64,000 nt of DNA from an uncultured delta proteobacterium (GCA_963848135.1 CAWKCK010000017.1:1344538-1408537); one strand, 5' to 3'. Shown: positions 1-10,856, numbered from the stretch's first letter. Numbers and translations are program-made. Notes: generated from the sequence alone by a model not told the origin.

Positions 1-19
1 ACCCGGTTTAACGAATGGT

Positions 20-53
20 GCCCACCAAGATTGGGCCACCGGTAACAGTGGCC
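20..53. promoter_or_regulatory. Tandem palindromes, candidate enhancer (UAS) for a sigma54 activator
   Basis: GCCCA-N7-TGGGC (20-36) overlaps GGCCAC-N8-GTGGCC (34-53), about 130-160 bp upstream of a -24/-12 promoter. Confidence 0.35.
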
Positions 54-180
54 ATTGAATCCAACCGCCTTTTCGCGATCCATTGGATCAAAGACACGCT
101 TTTAAGTTATTTAATTGAAATCGTTACGTTTTTTTCCCTGAAGCGCCAGATATATCTAAAATCACCCTAACCGGGTCGAG

Positions 181-196
181 TGGCACACGGCTTGCT
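181..196 (+). promoter_or_regulatory. Sigma54 (-24/-12) promoter
   Basis: TGGCACACGGCTTGCT has GG-N10-GC spacing and lies upstream of an operon that encodes a sigma54-dependent response regulator. Confidence 0.8.
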
Positions 197-392
197 TAAC
201 ACCATTGCATCTTTTGAACATTGTGCGATCTTAGGTTGCACGGTCGCAATCGACGATACCGCGATGATAAGCAGCCAACGGACTGACAGCGGTCACCTTG
301 TCATCGAAAGCGACCGGGAATTTTAAACACGCACAGGACAATCCTTAGCCGGAGCCTGCTGCGACGAATAAACCATATTGAGGAGGTCGTGT

Positions 393-1553
393 ATGAAGAA
401 GAGTCTGAAAATCGCGAGTTTATTGCTCCTGGTGGTCATGGTGGCAGTACCGTTGCTGCTGACGGGCACCGCGGTGGCAGAAACACTGGAAGAAGCAATT
501 GCCAAGACCCCGGCGGGCACCGAGGCCGGACAGATCGATCCTGAAGCGAAAACCGGTTTTCTCGGTATCCCTGGAGCACCGGACCCCAGCTTGGTCGTCG
601 GGTTTTTTTGGGCCGTATGGGTCGGTTGGATCTTTTCCACGGTCGGTGCATTCGGCGGTATCATGGCAGGTGTCGGCCACATCACGGTTTTCGGCCTGGC
701 CGATTATGGCAAAACTTTCAAAAAGACATCCCCCGCTCTGAACAAACTCATAACTGACAGTATCCGGGTCTCCAACCAGTGGCTGGTCGGACTGAGCGCG
801 GCGGTATCCAGTTTCAACTATTACAAAATGGGTCGCCTGGTGCTGCCTCTCGGCATTGCATTGGCCATCGGTTCCGTGGCCGGCAGCATATTGATACCGA
901 TCATCACGGCCGGTAAAATATCTCTTAAGGCTTACCTGGGTTATTTTGGCCTGTGCGTGTTTGTTATCGGCGCGTTTCTCTTCTATGAAACCACTCCCAA
1001 GGGTCAGGCCGGTAAAAAAGAAGCCAAAGCGGCAGCCAAAGCTTTTGAGGACGCGAACATAAAGAAATCCTCCTCCCTCGCCGAAGAAGATCGGGGGGTC
1101 AGGGTTCACCAATGGGGTATCGGCCGCGTTACTTTTTCCTTTTATGGCGTGGAATTCAGCTTTCGGCCCATCATCCCGATCATTGGTGGTTTTTTTATTG
1201 CCGCCCTGGCATCCTTTCTGGGCATCGGTGGCGGCTTCCTGTTCGTCCCCTTCCTGACCAGTATTGCCGGCCTGCCCATGTTCCTCGTCGCCGGCACCTC
1301 GGCCCTGACGGTTCTGGTTGGGATGATCATCAGCGTCTTCACCTATATGCTGGTTAAAGGAGTCCCTGTATACTGGTCCCTCATCGGCATTGAGCTGATC
1401 GGTATCTTCGTCGGTTCCATGATCGGCCCGCGAACCTCCAAGTACATTCCGGACATCTGGCTCAAACGCTTGTTCGTCGTTCTGGCGCTCTATGTCGGAC
1501 TGCGGTATACCACAAAGGGGTTTCTGGGCTACAGCATCGTTCCACCGTTCTGA
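393..1553 (+). CDS. Sulfite exporter TauE/SafE (TSUP) family membrane protein with N-terminal extension
   Basis: AGGAGG RBS at 381-386; multi-TM; two half-repeats with VGAFGG and LGIGGGFLFVP motifs; VAGTS motif. Confidence 0.8.
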   Translation: MKKSLKIASLLLLVVMVAVPLLLTGTAVAETLEEAIAKTPAGTEAGQIDPEAKTGFLGIPGAPDPSLVVGFFWAVWVGWIFSTVGAFGGIMAGVGHITVFGLADYGKTFKKTSPALNKLITDSIRVSNQWLVGLSAAVSSFNYYKMGRLVLPLGIALAIGSVAGSILIPIITAGKISLKAYLGYFGLCVFVIGAFLFYETTPKGQAGKKEAKAAAKAFEDANIKKSSSLAEEDRGVRVHQWGIGRVTFSFYGVEFSFRPIIPIIGGFFIAALASFLGIGGGFLFVPFLTSIAGLPMFLVAGTSALTVLVGMIISVFTYMLVKGVPVYWSLIGIELIGIFVGSMIGPRTSKYIPDIWLKRLFVVLALYVGLRYTTKGFLGYSIVPPF

Positions 1554-1614
1554 TGCGCAACCGGCCACCTTGTGCCCGGATGCCCAATAGATGCATCGGA
1601 CAAACGCGATAGGA

Positions 1615-1644
1615 CCTGCTCCCGGATCACGAATCGGGAGCAGG
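1615..1644. promoter_or_regulatory. GC-rich intergenic hairpin without U-tract (possible mRNA stabiliser or attenuator)
   Basis: Perfect 10-bp stem CCTGCTCCCG...CGGGAGCAGG. Confidence 0.45.
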
Positions 1645-1701
1645 ACAACAAATCCAGACCGGCGGGATAAATAAAATAATTTGCCACCCAGAGGGCTTGC
1701 T

Positions 1702-2289
1702 ATGGCTATGATGAATACATTATATTTACACATTGATCGTTTTCTGATCGGATTCTATCGGATCAGCGAAGTTCCCATTTTTGGTTACCTTTTTGGATCG
1801 GCCATTCTGGGTCTCCTGTGTGTTGTGTTGGGCCAGTTCACCCTATCTCTCGCCTACAGGGCCAACCGGAAAAATCTCAACAGCAACAACAAAGAGATGG
1901 TCCGGATGCACAACCTTTCGATTTACGCGTTGCTGGCAAAAAATAAAAAGGCCTATAAGAGCTGCAACAAAGAGGCCAACGACGCATTCGGAAAATATTT
2001 TTTTGCACAAATCGCCCTGGGAATATCGTCCCTGTGGCCAATCCCTTTTGCCATGGCGTGGATGCAAACCCGATTCCAAGGGGTCGAGTTTCTGCTACCC
2101 TTTAATATACCCGGTATCGGTCAAACCGTTGGATACACATTTACATTCATTCCTATTTATGTTCTGGTGTACATTCTCTTCGGCAAGGTCAAGCACCGGT
2201 TGCCTTATTTCAAAAGAGAGCATGAATTTATAAAGACCGATGGCAACAACACGGAAAAAATGCTCAGCATTTCTGATTTGCACGCCTAA
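1702..2289 (+). CDS. Hypothetical membrane protein
   Basis: About three TM segments; co-oriented within the operon; start uncertain (1702/1708). Confidence 0.7.
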   Translation: MAMMNTLYLHIDRFLIGFYRISEVPIFGYLFGSAILGLLCVVLGQFTLSLAYRANRKNLNSNNKEMVRMHNLSIYALLAKNKKAYKSCNKEANDAFGKYFFAQIALGISSLWPIPFAMAWMQTRFQGVEFLLPFNIPGIGQTVGYTFTFIPIYVLVYILFGKVKHRLPYFKREHEFIKTDGNNTEKMLSISDLHA

Positions 2290-2380
2290 AGACCGACCAG
2301 CACCAGATCTGTTTCCTCACATCTTCAAACCCTGCCGCCGCCTGTCTTCAATTATCGGGTCATTATTTCTGCACCGGTTG

Positions 2381-2830
2381 ATGCCGGTTCTCGCCATTAT
2401 CTCTTTTACTGCCGACAGTGCCCTCGCCACCCAAAGTCACGGCCACCCGGCCGGCCTGTATGCCCATCAGATGGCCCATGTGTTCTTCATGTTTTCCATG
2501 GGGTTGCTGATATACTGGCTCCGTCACAGAGGGCTGACCAGATCGGCGGGATGGCGGACCATTCAGTATGCATCCTTTTTCTTTATCCTCTGGAACGCGG
2601 ACGCCTTCCTGGTGCACTTTATTGAAGAGCAATCGTTCGCGCTGGACATCACGCGCTTGAGCACCTGGGAAATCAGCATAAAGGCACCGCCGGAAATGGG
2701 CTGGTTGGGATATGTCTACTATATCGCCAAACTCGACCACCTGTTGTGCGTTCCGGCGCTCTTGTTCCTCTACATTGGATTGAAAAAATTGCTCCGGGAA
2801 AGTATCAGTCAAAACGAAGGGATCGGTTGA
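2381..2830 (+). CDS. His-rich hypothetical membrane protein, possible sensor accessory
   Basis: ATQSHGHPAGLYAHQMAH motif and TM helices; stop overlaps kinase start (ATGA); start uncertain. Confidence 0.65.
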   Translation: MPVLAIISFTADSALATQSHGHPAGLYAHQMAHVFFMFSMGLLIYWLRHRGLTRSAGWRTIQYASFFFILWNADAFLVHFIEEQSFALDITRLSTWEISIKAPPEMGWLGYVYYIAKLDHLLCVPALLFLYIGLKKLLRESISQNEGIG

Positions 2831-4371
2831 TGAATGCCTCCTCGCTGCCGATCTGGACCGTGGATGTCATCGGCTCGTTGTGCATGATCGTCCTCTCTAT
2901 CCTGTGTCTGCATGTGGCGTGGCAACTGCAACACCGCGACCGCAGCAACATTATCTGGACCTACCTTTTTTGGGTCTGCGCGGCCTTGACGGTTTTCGCC
3001 GTGTCCCGTTCAGCCGGCCACATCCTCAAGCAAATTCTGATTATCGGCGGTAATGAGTCTGCCTGGGCAGCCATTCGACCATACAGCAGTGCGATCAACA
3101 CCTTCACTTTCGTTATCGTCGCCTCATTGACCCTCTTTTTCGAACGCACCTGGAGCATCTACCAGCAGATTAACAGCGACAAACAGGACTTGCAGGCCGC
3201 CCGTGACAAATTGCTCTATTTGAACCAGAACCTCGAAAACCTCGTCAGTGAGCGAACGGCGGAACTGGCCTTGTCCGAGCATAAATACCGTCGTATTTTC
3301 GAGGTCTCACGCGATATGCTCCTCGTCGCCGAAAAAAGCGGTCAGATCATCGATATCAACCCCTCCGGCCGTGAAATGCTCTCCCTGCCCGGTACCGTTC
3401 CCGCGGTCAACAACTTGAAGGTCCAGGATTTTTTTCTCGATCCCTCCGGGTGGCAACCGATTTTGGAAATCATCGCGGCAGACGGGTTCATTGCCAATGC
3501 AGAAATCCAACTGCGGTGCAAGGACGGCAGCCGCATCCGGACCCTGTTGACAGGAAGCCTCGATCGTGGTTCCCCAGGCAACGACGACACGATTCACTTC
3601 CTGGTCAAGGACATAGAACAGCACCGCCTGTCTGAGGAACAGATCGCCCAGGCGGACAAACTGGCATCCATCGGCCAGCTGTCGGCCGGCATTGCGCATG
3701 AAATCAACAACCCGCTCGGTATCATTCTCGGATACACCCAGCTTCTGATCCGCCATGAAGACCCGCAAACCGAAAAGCACCAGGACCTGAAAACAATTGA
3801 AAAGCACGTTCGCAACTGCAAAACAATCGTGGAAGATCTACTGAACTTTGCACGGACATCGTCTCCCAAGGAAAACCAAATAAGAATCGATGACGCGCTG
3901 GAGGAAGTTGTTAAATTTGTCCACCAGCACGCGGCTCTCGATCACATCGAGATCAAGCGCAATTACGACCCGTCGGTTCCTCGAATGCTGCTTGATGAAA
4001 AAAAAATCAAACAGGTGTTCATGAACCTGATCATGAACGCCAGGCATGCCGTCGACAACCACGGTACGCTCTCTCTATCGACGGAATTCCGACCTGCAAA
4101 GCGTCAAGTCGTCATCAGAATCGCCGACACGGGGCACGGTATTGAAAAAAAGAACCTCAGCCGCATCTTCGATCCGTTTTTTACCACTAAACCAACCGGA
4201 GAAGGCACCGGGCTTGGCCTGTCGGTAAGCTATGGTATCATCAAAAACCATGGCGGTAACATCGACGTCGAAAGTAAAGTGGGCGAGGGCTCAATCTTCA
4301 CCATCACACTGCCGGTGGTATCTCCCAATAAAGGGTATCAGAATGCACAGAGACATTCTCATCGTCGATGA
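2830..4371 (+). CDS. PAS-domain sensor histidine kinase (NtrB-type)
   Basis: N-terminal TMs, PAS, H-box AHEINNPL, N-box, DTGHGI, FDPFFTTK, GTGLGL. Confidence 0.92.
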   Translation: MNASSLPIWTVDVIGSLCMIVLSILCLHVAWQLQHRDRSNIIWTYLFWVCAALTVFAVSRSAGHILKQILIIGGNESAWAAIRPYSSAINTFTFVIVASLTLFFERTWSIYQQINSDKQDLQAARDKLLYLNQNLENLVSERTAELALSEHKYRRIFEVSRDMLLVAEKSGQIIDINPSGREMLSLPGTVPAVNNLKVQDFFLDPSGWQPILEIIAADGFIANAEIQLRCKDGSRIRTLLTGSLDRGSPGNDDTIHFLVKDIEQHRLSEEQIAQADKLASIGQLSAGIAHEINNPLGIILGYTQLLIRHEDPQTEKHQDLKTIEKHVRNCKTIVEDLLNFARTSSPKENQIRIDDALEEVVKFVHQHAALDHIEIKRNYDPSVPRMLLDEKKIKQVFMNLIMNARHAVDNHGTLSLSTEFRPAKRQVVIRIADTGHGIEKKNLSRIFDPFFTTKPTGEGTGLGLSVSYGIIKNHGGNIDVESKVGEGSIFTITLPVVSPNKGYQNAQRHSHRR

Positions 4372-5734
4372 CGAACAGGACATGCTGCAATTGCTGAAGC
4401 GCAGCCTGACGCCGGATCTGGACTGTCGGATCGAAACCGCCTCATCGGGTAAGGAGGCCCTGCGTGCTATTTCGCACCACCCGTTTGACCTGGTTCTGGC
4501 CGACATCAAGATGCCGGAAATGGACGGGCTGGAGCTACTGGAGCTCATCAAGCGCAAGAAGCCGGAGCTGACCGTGGTCATGATGACCGCCTACGGAACG
4601 GTCGACACGGCCGTGGAGGCCATGCGCAATGGGGCCTATGACTTCGTCACCAAACCGTTTGACCACGAGGCTCTGATCGTTCGGCTCGAAAAGGCCCTGG
4701 AGAGAAGCCGACTCTTGAAAGAAAACCAGCGTCTGCAACTGGAGTGTCGCGAGAATACCGCTTTTCAGAGTATCGTCGGAAAAAGCGCTGCTATGAACCG
4801 GGTTTACGAAACCATCCAAATGGTTGCCAAAACCGAACTAACGGTTCTGATCACCGGGGAATCGGGAACAGGAAAAGAATTGGTGGCTCGCGCCGTGCAC
4901 AATCTGAGCGACCGCAGAACCGGTCCGTTTGTCGCGGTCAACTGCCCCACCGTGCCGGAAAACATTTTGGAAAGCGAACTCTTCGGTTATAAAAAAGGCG
5001 CCTTCACCCATGCCTCCCAGAACAAGATCGGTCTTTTCCAGGAAGCGCACCGGGGATCGATCTTTTTGGACGAAATTGGGGACATCAGCCCGACGATTCA
5101 AACCAAGCTTCTACGGGTTTTGCAGGAGAAAGAAATCAAGCCTTTGGGCTCCACTAAATCGATTTCCATCGATGCCCGCATCATCGCTTCAACCAACCAG
5201 GACCTCGAATACAAAATTAAACACGGTGAATTCAGGGATGACTTTTTTTACCGCCTGAATGTGCTGCCCATAAAACTGCCATCTCTGCGGCAACATCCTG
5301 AAGACATCCCACTCATTGTCAATCATCTGCTCGAAAAGCATTGCGCCAAACTGGACAAACCACTAAAAACAATCTCGCCCCAATTAATGGATATTTTTGT
5401 CAACCGCACCTGGGAAGGAAATGTCCGCGAGCTTGAAAATGTCATCATGCAGGGAATTCTCTTCTCCACCACGGATGTGATCCGACCCGAAAATGTGGAA
5501 CTGGACAATAAGGAGGCCACCTGTAAAATGGACGGTATGGATTTTTGCCGGCTTCCCTATAAAGAGGCCAAGGAAAATACGCTCCTGCGTTTCAACCAGG
5601 ATTACTTCTCCCGCCTGTTGAACGCAAAACAGGGCAACGTCACACAGGTAGCGCGCCAGTGCGGCCTCGAACGTCAAGCCCTGCAGCAAATCATGCGGCG
5701 CTACGGTATCAAGGCAGATCCGTTCCGACCCTGA
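4343..5734 (+). CDS. Sigma54-dependent response regulator (NtrC family)
   Basis: Receiver ILIVDD...DIKMP, Walker A GESGTGKE, GAFTHA loop, FLDEIG, C-terminal Fis-type HTH. Confidence 0.93.
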   Translation: MHRDILIVDDEQDMLQLLKRSLTPDLDCRIETASSGKEALRAISHHPFDLVLADIKMPEMDGLELLELIKRKKPELTVVMMTAYGTVDTAVEAMRNGAYDFVTKPFDHEALIVRLEKALERSRLLKENQRLQLECRENTAFQSIVGKSAAMNRVYETIQMVAKTELTVLITGESGTGKELVARAVHNLSDRRTGPFVAVNCPTVPENILESELFGYKKGAFTHASQNKIGLFQEAHRGSIFLDEIGDISPTIQTKLLRVLQEKEIKPLGSTKSISIDARIIASTNQDLEYKIKHGEFRDDFFYRLNVLPIKLPSLRQHPEDIPLIVNHLLEKHCAKLDKPLKTISPQLMDIFVNRTWEGNVRELENVIMQGILFSTTDVIRPENVELDNKEATCKMDGMDFCRLPYKEAKENTLLRFNQDYFSRLLNAKQGNVTQVARQCGLERQALQQIMRRYGIKADPFRP

Positions 5735-5858
5735 CACAATGACTTACATCGTTCCACCCAAATAATCTTAGAATTACTTCTCTCGAATCTCATGAACTGC
5801 CGTTATTTTAGAACCACAATTCGTTTTTTAATTTCATTCAAAATTCAGGGATGAACTG

Positions 5859-7103
5859 ATGTCCCCACGCCGCATTACGTTGACGCTCTGCCTGGTTGAA
5901 ATACTCGGTCTGATCGGTATCGCGACCTTTCCGGCCCTCTTACCGCAATTTGCCGATGAATGGCGTCTCAGCAACACCCAGGCCGGATGGATCAACGCCG
6001 TTTATTATGGGGGTTACATGATTAGCGTGCCGTTTCTCGTGAGCCTGACCGACCGAATCGACGCGCGACGCGTCGTTTTCACCGGCGCGTTGGGTGGGGG
6101 AATCGCCGCTGCAGGTTTTGCGCTTCTGGCCACAGGTTTCTGGTCCGCGATGCTGTTTCGGTTTCTGGCCGGTATCAGCTTGGCCGGCATCTATATGCCG
6201 GGGCTCAAACTGCTTGGCGATCACACGGAAGGTCGCCTGCAAAGCCGGTATGTCTCTTTCTACACGGCCTCTTTTTCGATCGGACTCAGCCTGTCATACC
6301 TTCTGGCCGGTGAGATCAGTGTATTGCTCAACTGGCGTTGGGCATTCGGGTTTTCGGCAATGTGTGCCACGGGCGCTTTACTTCTGGCAGCTTACGGCCT
6401 GCCACTGGGAGCCACGCGTCCGGCAGTCGGATCCACCGGTGACTGGTTTAATTTCCGTCCGGTACTGGCGGCCGGCAGCGCGCTGGCCTATATTTTTTGT
6501 TATGCCGCCCACATGTGGGAGCTTTTCAGCTTGAGATCCTGGATCGTGGCGTTTCTGACTTACAGCGAGAATCTTCAACCCCTCATTGGGTATAGACCTT
6601 CAGCCACCCAACTGGCTTTTGCAATCGGCCTGATCGGCCTACCGGCCAGCATTGCCGGTAATGAACTGGCGCGCAAGTTTGGCCGAAAAAAAACGATTAC
6701 ATTGATCATGACGACATCCGCCCTGTTGTGTGCCGGAATCGGTTTCACCTCTTCATTGCCCTATGCCCTGGTGGCCGCTTTGTGTGTTTTGCACGGCGTA
6801 ACGGTTGTGGGGGATTCGGCGGCATTGACGGCCGGTGCGGTGGCGGCCGCCCCGACCGGATATCGCGGTGCAACGCTGGCCCTGCATTCGACGTTCGGCT
6901 TCGGAGCGGCATTTTTCGGTCCGCTGGCCGTGGGAATGGTTCTCGACTTTTTCAGTCCGGGAATGGCTTTAGCCTGGGGCATGGCTTTTATCACAATGGC
7001 TCTCGGCTGCGCCCTGGGACCGATTTTCCTGATGCTTTTCGGTCGGAACAGCCGGGTCAATGGGCAGCCACCGGGCCCCCGAGAGAGGTCTTCCCGTGAG
7101 TAA
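5859..7103 (+). CDS. MFS transporter
   Basis: About 12 TM helices; MFS loop motifs SLTDRIDARR and LARKFGRKK. Confidence 0.88.
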   Translation: MSPRRITLTLCLVEILGLIGIATFPALLPQFADEWRLSNTQAGWINAVYYGGYMISVPFLVSLTDRIDARRVVFTGALGGGIAAAGFALLATGFWSAMLFRFLAGISLAGIYMPGLKLLGDHTEGRLQSRYVSFYTASFSIGLSLSYLLAGEISVLLNWRWAFGFSAMCATGALLLAAYGLPLGATRPAVGSTGDWFNFRPVLAAGSALAYIFCYAAHMWELFSLRSWIVAFLTYSENLQPLIGYRPSATQLAFAIGLIGLPASIAGNELARKFGRKKTITLIMTTSALLCAGIGFTSSLPYALVAALCVLHGVTVVGDSAALTAGAVAAAPTGYRGATLALHSTFGFGAAFFGPLAVGMVLDFFSPGMALAWGMAFITMALGCALGPIFLMLFGRNSRVNGQPPGPRERSSRE

Positions 7104-9501
7104 CCGATTCGTCAAATGGTTGTTGATCGGGTCACTGGGTTTTGCCGTCATGGTAATTGTCGCGATGGCCACGGCCGCTCTCTGGTATCGCACGACCGTC
7201 GCGAGAAGCCAACCGCAGATAAGCGGCAGCATTAATGTGGCCGGCATCGTCGATAGGGTTGAAATTATCCGAGATATCCACGGCGTCCCCCATATTTTTG
7301 CCCGCAACGAACCGGATCTTTTCTTTGCCATGGGATATGCCATGGCGCAGGATCGCCTTTGGCAGTTGGATCTTTTCCGTCGTGTCGGCGCCGGCCGCCT
7401 GGCAGAAATATTGGGACCGGAGGCTATTGAGATCGACCGCTACTTTCGATCCCTGTCCGCCGCGCAAAAAAATCGATCGCTCCCTCACGACCTCGCCTTC
7501 ATGGTCGATTCCTTTTCAGCGGGCATAAATGCCTATATAGACGACCATAATGACCGATTGCCGTTGGAATTCAAGCTGCTCGGATACCGCCCGGAGCCGT
7601 GGAACCCGCAAGATTATTTTTCTGTCTACACCTTGATCAACTGGGGTCTGAGCATCGGTTGGCGGGTCGATCTGATCGCAGCCGGAGTTCTGCGCAAGGT
7701 CGGCGAGGAGAGATTCCTCGCAGCTTTTCCGACCGCAACCGAAACAGACCTGTCCATCCTGAGCGAGATCAGACAAACCCTGCCGAACGTTTTTTCGCCA
7801 GCGCAATCGGTGGTCGCGGCGGTAACCCGACTGCCCGGCTTCACCCCGGGGCCGGCCAGCAACAACTGGGTCATTTCCGCAAAGCGGTCCGACACCGGTC
7901 AGCCCCTGCTGGCCAACGACACCCATATGGCCCTGACCAATCCCTCCCTCTGGTGGGAAGTCCACCTGGCGTGTCCGACCATCGAGGCTGCCGGTTTTGC
8001 CATTCCCGGATTACCCGGCCTGCCCGTTGGCCGCAATCGCCACGTTGCCTGGGGTGTAACCAATGTCATGGTGGACGATGTCGATTTCTACATCGAACAA
8101 CTCAATCCGCAAAACCCTCTGAAGTATCTATACGCCGACCGTTGGGAAGACATGCGCACCCAGGTTGAAAGAATACGCGTCAAAGGTGCCGAACCGGTCG
8201 AATTCAATGTTCAGCTGACCCGCCACGGGCCGGTCATCGCAAGTGCTGATTCGGATGCGGATATACCGGCGGACAAGGTGGTGTCGGCCCGGTGGACCGT
8301 TTTCGAGGTCGACGGCCCGGCCCGGGCCGCCTATCTTTTGTTGAAATCCGGCGACGCGGCCGGGGTAGTGGCTGCACTGGCACACTGGTACGCACCCGGT
8401 CAGAACTTTGTTTTCGCCGACACTGGCGGAACCATCGGCTACCAGTGCAGCGCCGCCATTCCTATCCGCCCCAGAGGCAACGGGTTGCTGCCATTACCTG
8501 GTTGGACAGGTACAAACGAGTGGTCGGGTTTCATCGCCTTTGACAAATTGCCCCACATCAGTGACCCGGCCGAAGGGTATATCGCCAGTGCCAACAATCC
8601 GGTCACCGGTGGCGATTATCCGCATGTCATCGGAACCTATTGGGAACCCACAGATCGGATCAGCCGCATCCGCCATCTGCTCGAGGCAAATCAAAGATTG
8701 TCCGTTGCTGACATGATGTCCATGCAGTCAGATATCACCCCCCCTATGGCGGCGGAATTGACCGCTGCCATGTTGCGCATCCTAGAAGAAAACCCGCATA
8801 TATTTCCGGATCCCCGCATCAGAGAAATCCTCGGGAAATGGGATCTTCAGATGACCCGGGGCAGTTCCGCAGCAGCGCTGGTCGAAACAACCTATCTCAA
8901 ACTCTTGGAAAATATCTTTCAGGATGAACTCGGCGCTGAGCTATATGCCAGATATATCGGGCTGACGATTTTCGCACCACGAGCCTTGAGACAGATCCTG
9001 AAATCCGGACGATCCGCCTGGCTGGATGATATCAGGACGTCGGAAGCCGAAACGCTGACGGACGCCATCGAAAAAAGCATGCATCAAGCTGTCGCACACT
9101 TGCGGGAACGTTTGGGCCCGAAAGTCGAATCCTGGACCTGGGGGCACCTGCACACGCTCACATTCCGTCACATTCTCGGAGAGCGCAAGCCTCTGAACCG
9201 GCTATTGGATCTGGGCCCCTACCCGACATCCGGCTCTCACCTGACGGTCAACAAGAAACAATACGACTACACCGCCCCCTTTGCGGTCAAAGAGGGTGTA
9301 TCGCAGCGAATGATCGTGGATCTGGCCGCCCCAGAGACGGCCTTTCATGTTCTTCCAACCGGCCAGTCGGGCCTGCTCGGCAATCCCCACTATCAGGACC
9401 AGGTGGCTCTCTATCTTGATGGTCGGTATCATCCGAGCTGGTTAAACCAAGCCGACATCAACCGCCATGCCGAAGCCTCGCTGGTGTTATTGCCCCGTTG
9501 A
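7096..9501 (+). CDS. Penicillin acylase family Ntn-hydrolase (membrane-anchored)
   Basis: GVPHIFA, AQDRLWQ, catalytic SNNWVIS, LANDTH, GQSG; GTG start after GAGAGG. Confidence 0.92.
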   Translation: MSNRFVKWLLIGSLGFAVMVIVAMATAALWYRTTVARSQPQISGSINVAGIVDRVEIIRDIHGVPHIFARNEPDLFFAMGYAMAQDRLWQLDLFRRVGAGRLAEILGPEAIEIDRYFRSLSAAQKNRSLPHDLAFMVDSFSAGINAYIDDHNDRLPLEFKLLGYRPEPWNPQDYFSVYTLINWGLSIGWRVDLIAAGVLRKVGEERFLAAFPTATETDLSILSEIRQTLPNVFSPAQSVVAAVTRLPGFTPGPASNNWVISAKRSDTGQPLLANDTHMALTNPSLWWEVHLACPTIEAAGFAIPGLPGLPVGRNRHVAWGVTNVMVDDVDFYIEQLNPQNPLKYLYADRWEDMRTQVERIRVKGAEPVEFNVQLTRHGPVIASADSDADIPADKVVSARWTVFEVDGPARAAYLLLKSGDAAGVVAALAHWYAPGQNFVFADTGGTIGYQCSAAIPIRPRGNGLLPLPGWTGTNEWSGFIAFDKLPHISDPAEGYIASANNPVTGGDYPHVIGTYWEPTDRISRIRHLLEANQRLSVADMMSMQSDITPPMAAELTAAMLRILEENPHIFPDPRIREILGKWDLQMTRGSSAAALVETTYLKLLENIFQDELGAELYARYIGLTIFAPRALRQILKSGRSAWLDDIRTSEAETLTDAIEKSMHQAVAHLRERLGPKVESWTWGHLHTLTFRHILGERKPLNRLLDLGPYPTSGSHLTVNKKQYDYTAPFAVKEGVSQRMIVDLAAPETAFHVLPTGQSGLLGNPHYQDQVALYLDGRYHPSWLNQADINRHAEASLVLLPR

Positions 9502-9725
9502 TAGGGCAAAATAATGATTGTCACGGACCGACGCATGTCCTATAGGATCCAAATCCCCGGGCAATGCGCCCCGAAGATTCATTGAATTCTATAACCTCCA
9601 GGAAAGCCGAGAGATCAGATATTTGTGTACTCCTGGAACTGTCAAATTTTAGTCGTTTACTCAACAATGCGGGGGATTTAGGATGATTATTATAGGGATA
9701 ACGAACCAGGAAGGAGAATTAAAAC

Positions 9726-10856
9726 ATGGGTAAAGGAACCCAATGCGTTCACAGCGGATCAATAAAAGACCGTCTCAGCGGGGGGCTGAACTCTCCGATC
9801 TTCACATCCTCAGCCTTTGTCTACCTGGATGCAGATGAAAACGTTTATCCGAGATACTTTAACACCCCCAACCAGAAGGCCGTCATCGGCAAGCTCTGCG
9901 CGCTCGAGAAGACAGAAAGCGGGCTTCTGTTCAGCTCCGGTATGGCCGCCATCAGCACCGTCGTCTACGCCATCGCCGGCCAGGGCGATCATGTGGTGAT
10001 GCAGCGGGACATTTATGGCGGCACGCACCACTTTGCCACTGCAGAACTGGAAAGGTTCGGCATCGAATACACATTCGTATCCAATAAACCTGATAATTTT
10101 GAACAGGCCGTCCGGGACAACACGCGGCTGATATACATTGAAACCCCATCCAATCCACTGCTCATGGTCACCGACGTCGCGGCTGTGGCAAAAATCGCCC
10201 GCACACATGGCATCGTCAGCGCCATCGACAACACCTTTGCCTCGCCCATCAACCAGAATCCGGCCGACATGGGGATCGACATCGTTGTCCACAGTGGCAC
10301 CAAGTACCTCGGCGGCCATAGTGACATCTGCTGTGGGGCCGTTTTGAGCACCGATCGACTCATTGACCGTATCAAGTCCTCCGCCGTTAATTTTGGCGGC
10401 AGTCTGAATGCCAGCACCTGCCACCTTCTGGAAAGGAGCATGAAAACGCTCGGTATCCGCGTTGAAAGGCAGAATGCTAATGCATTGGCGGTTGCCCGCC
10501 ACCTTGAAAAACATCCGAATATCCAGCAGGTTTACTATCCCGGTTTGGAGACCCACCCGGGTTTCGAGGTGGCCCGAAACCAGATGCGCGGTTTTGGCGG
10601 CATGCTATCGTTCGAGTTGAAAGAAGAGCGGATCGAACCGCAAAGGTTCGTCCGGCGACTCGATCTGATCCGTCCGGCCCTGAGCCTGGGTGGCGTGGAA
10701 ACGATCATTTGCGCGCCGTCAGCGACATCCCACGTTAAATTATCTCCTGCTGAAAGAAAGGAGCTCGGCATCGCTGATGGACTTTTCCGTCTATCGGTCG
10801 GTATCGAAGACGTGGCGGACATCACTACCGATCTCGACAATGCCCTCGACAATTGA
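9726..10856 (+). CDS. Cys/Met metabolism PLP-dependent enzyme (cystathionine gamma-lyase/synthase family)
   Basis: [40 protein letters not shown]. Confidence 0.92.
   Translation: MGKGTQCVHSGSIKDRLSGGLNSPIFTSSAFVYLDADENVYPRYFNTPNQKAVIGKLCALEKTESGLLFSSGMAAISTVVYAIAGQGDHVVMQRDIYGGTHHFATAELERFGIEYTFVSNKPDNFEQAVRDNTRLIYIETPSNPLLMVTDVAAVAKIARTHGIVSAIDNTFASPINQNPADMGIDIVVHSGTKYLGGHSDICCGAVLSTDRLIDRIKSSAVNFGGSLNASTCHLLERSMKTLGIRVERQNANALAVARHLEKHPNIQQVYYPGLETHPGFEVARNQMRGFGGMLSFELKEERIEPQRFVRRLDLIRPALSLGGVETIICAPSATSHVKLSPAERKELGIADGLFRLSVGIEDVADITTDLDNALDN

Noticed and set aside
420..1733. Long antisense ORF (437 aa) and many similar shadow ORFs
   Set aside because: They overlap well-supported genes on the opposite strand and have no motifs, as expected in GC-rich coding DNA.
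9628..9640. 13-bp match ACTCCTGGAACTG also found at about 56286
   Set aside because: It is too short and has no flanking similarity; it may be chance.
9502..9725. SAM or cobalamin riboswitches upstream of the methionine-related genes (also 24629-24736 and 55979-56190)
   Set aside because: No conserved core motifs are visible.
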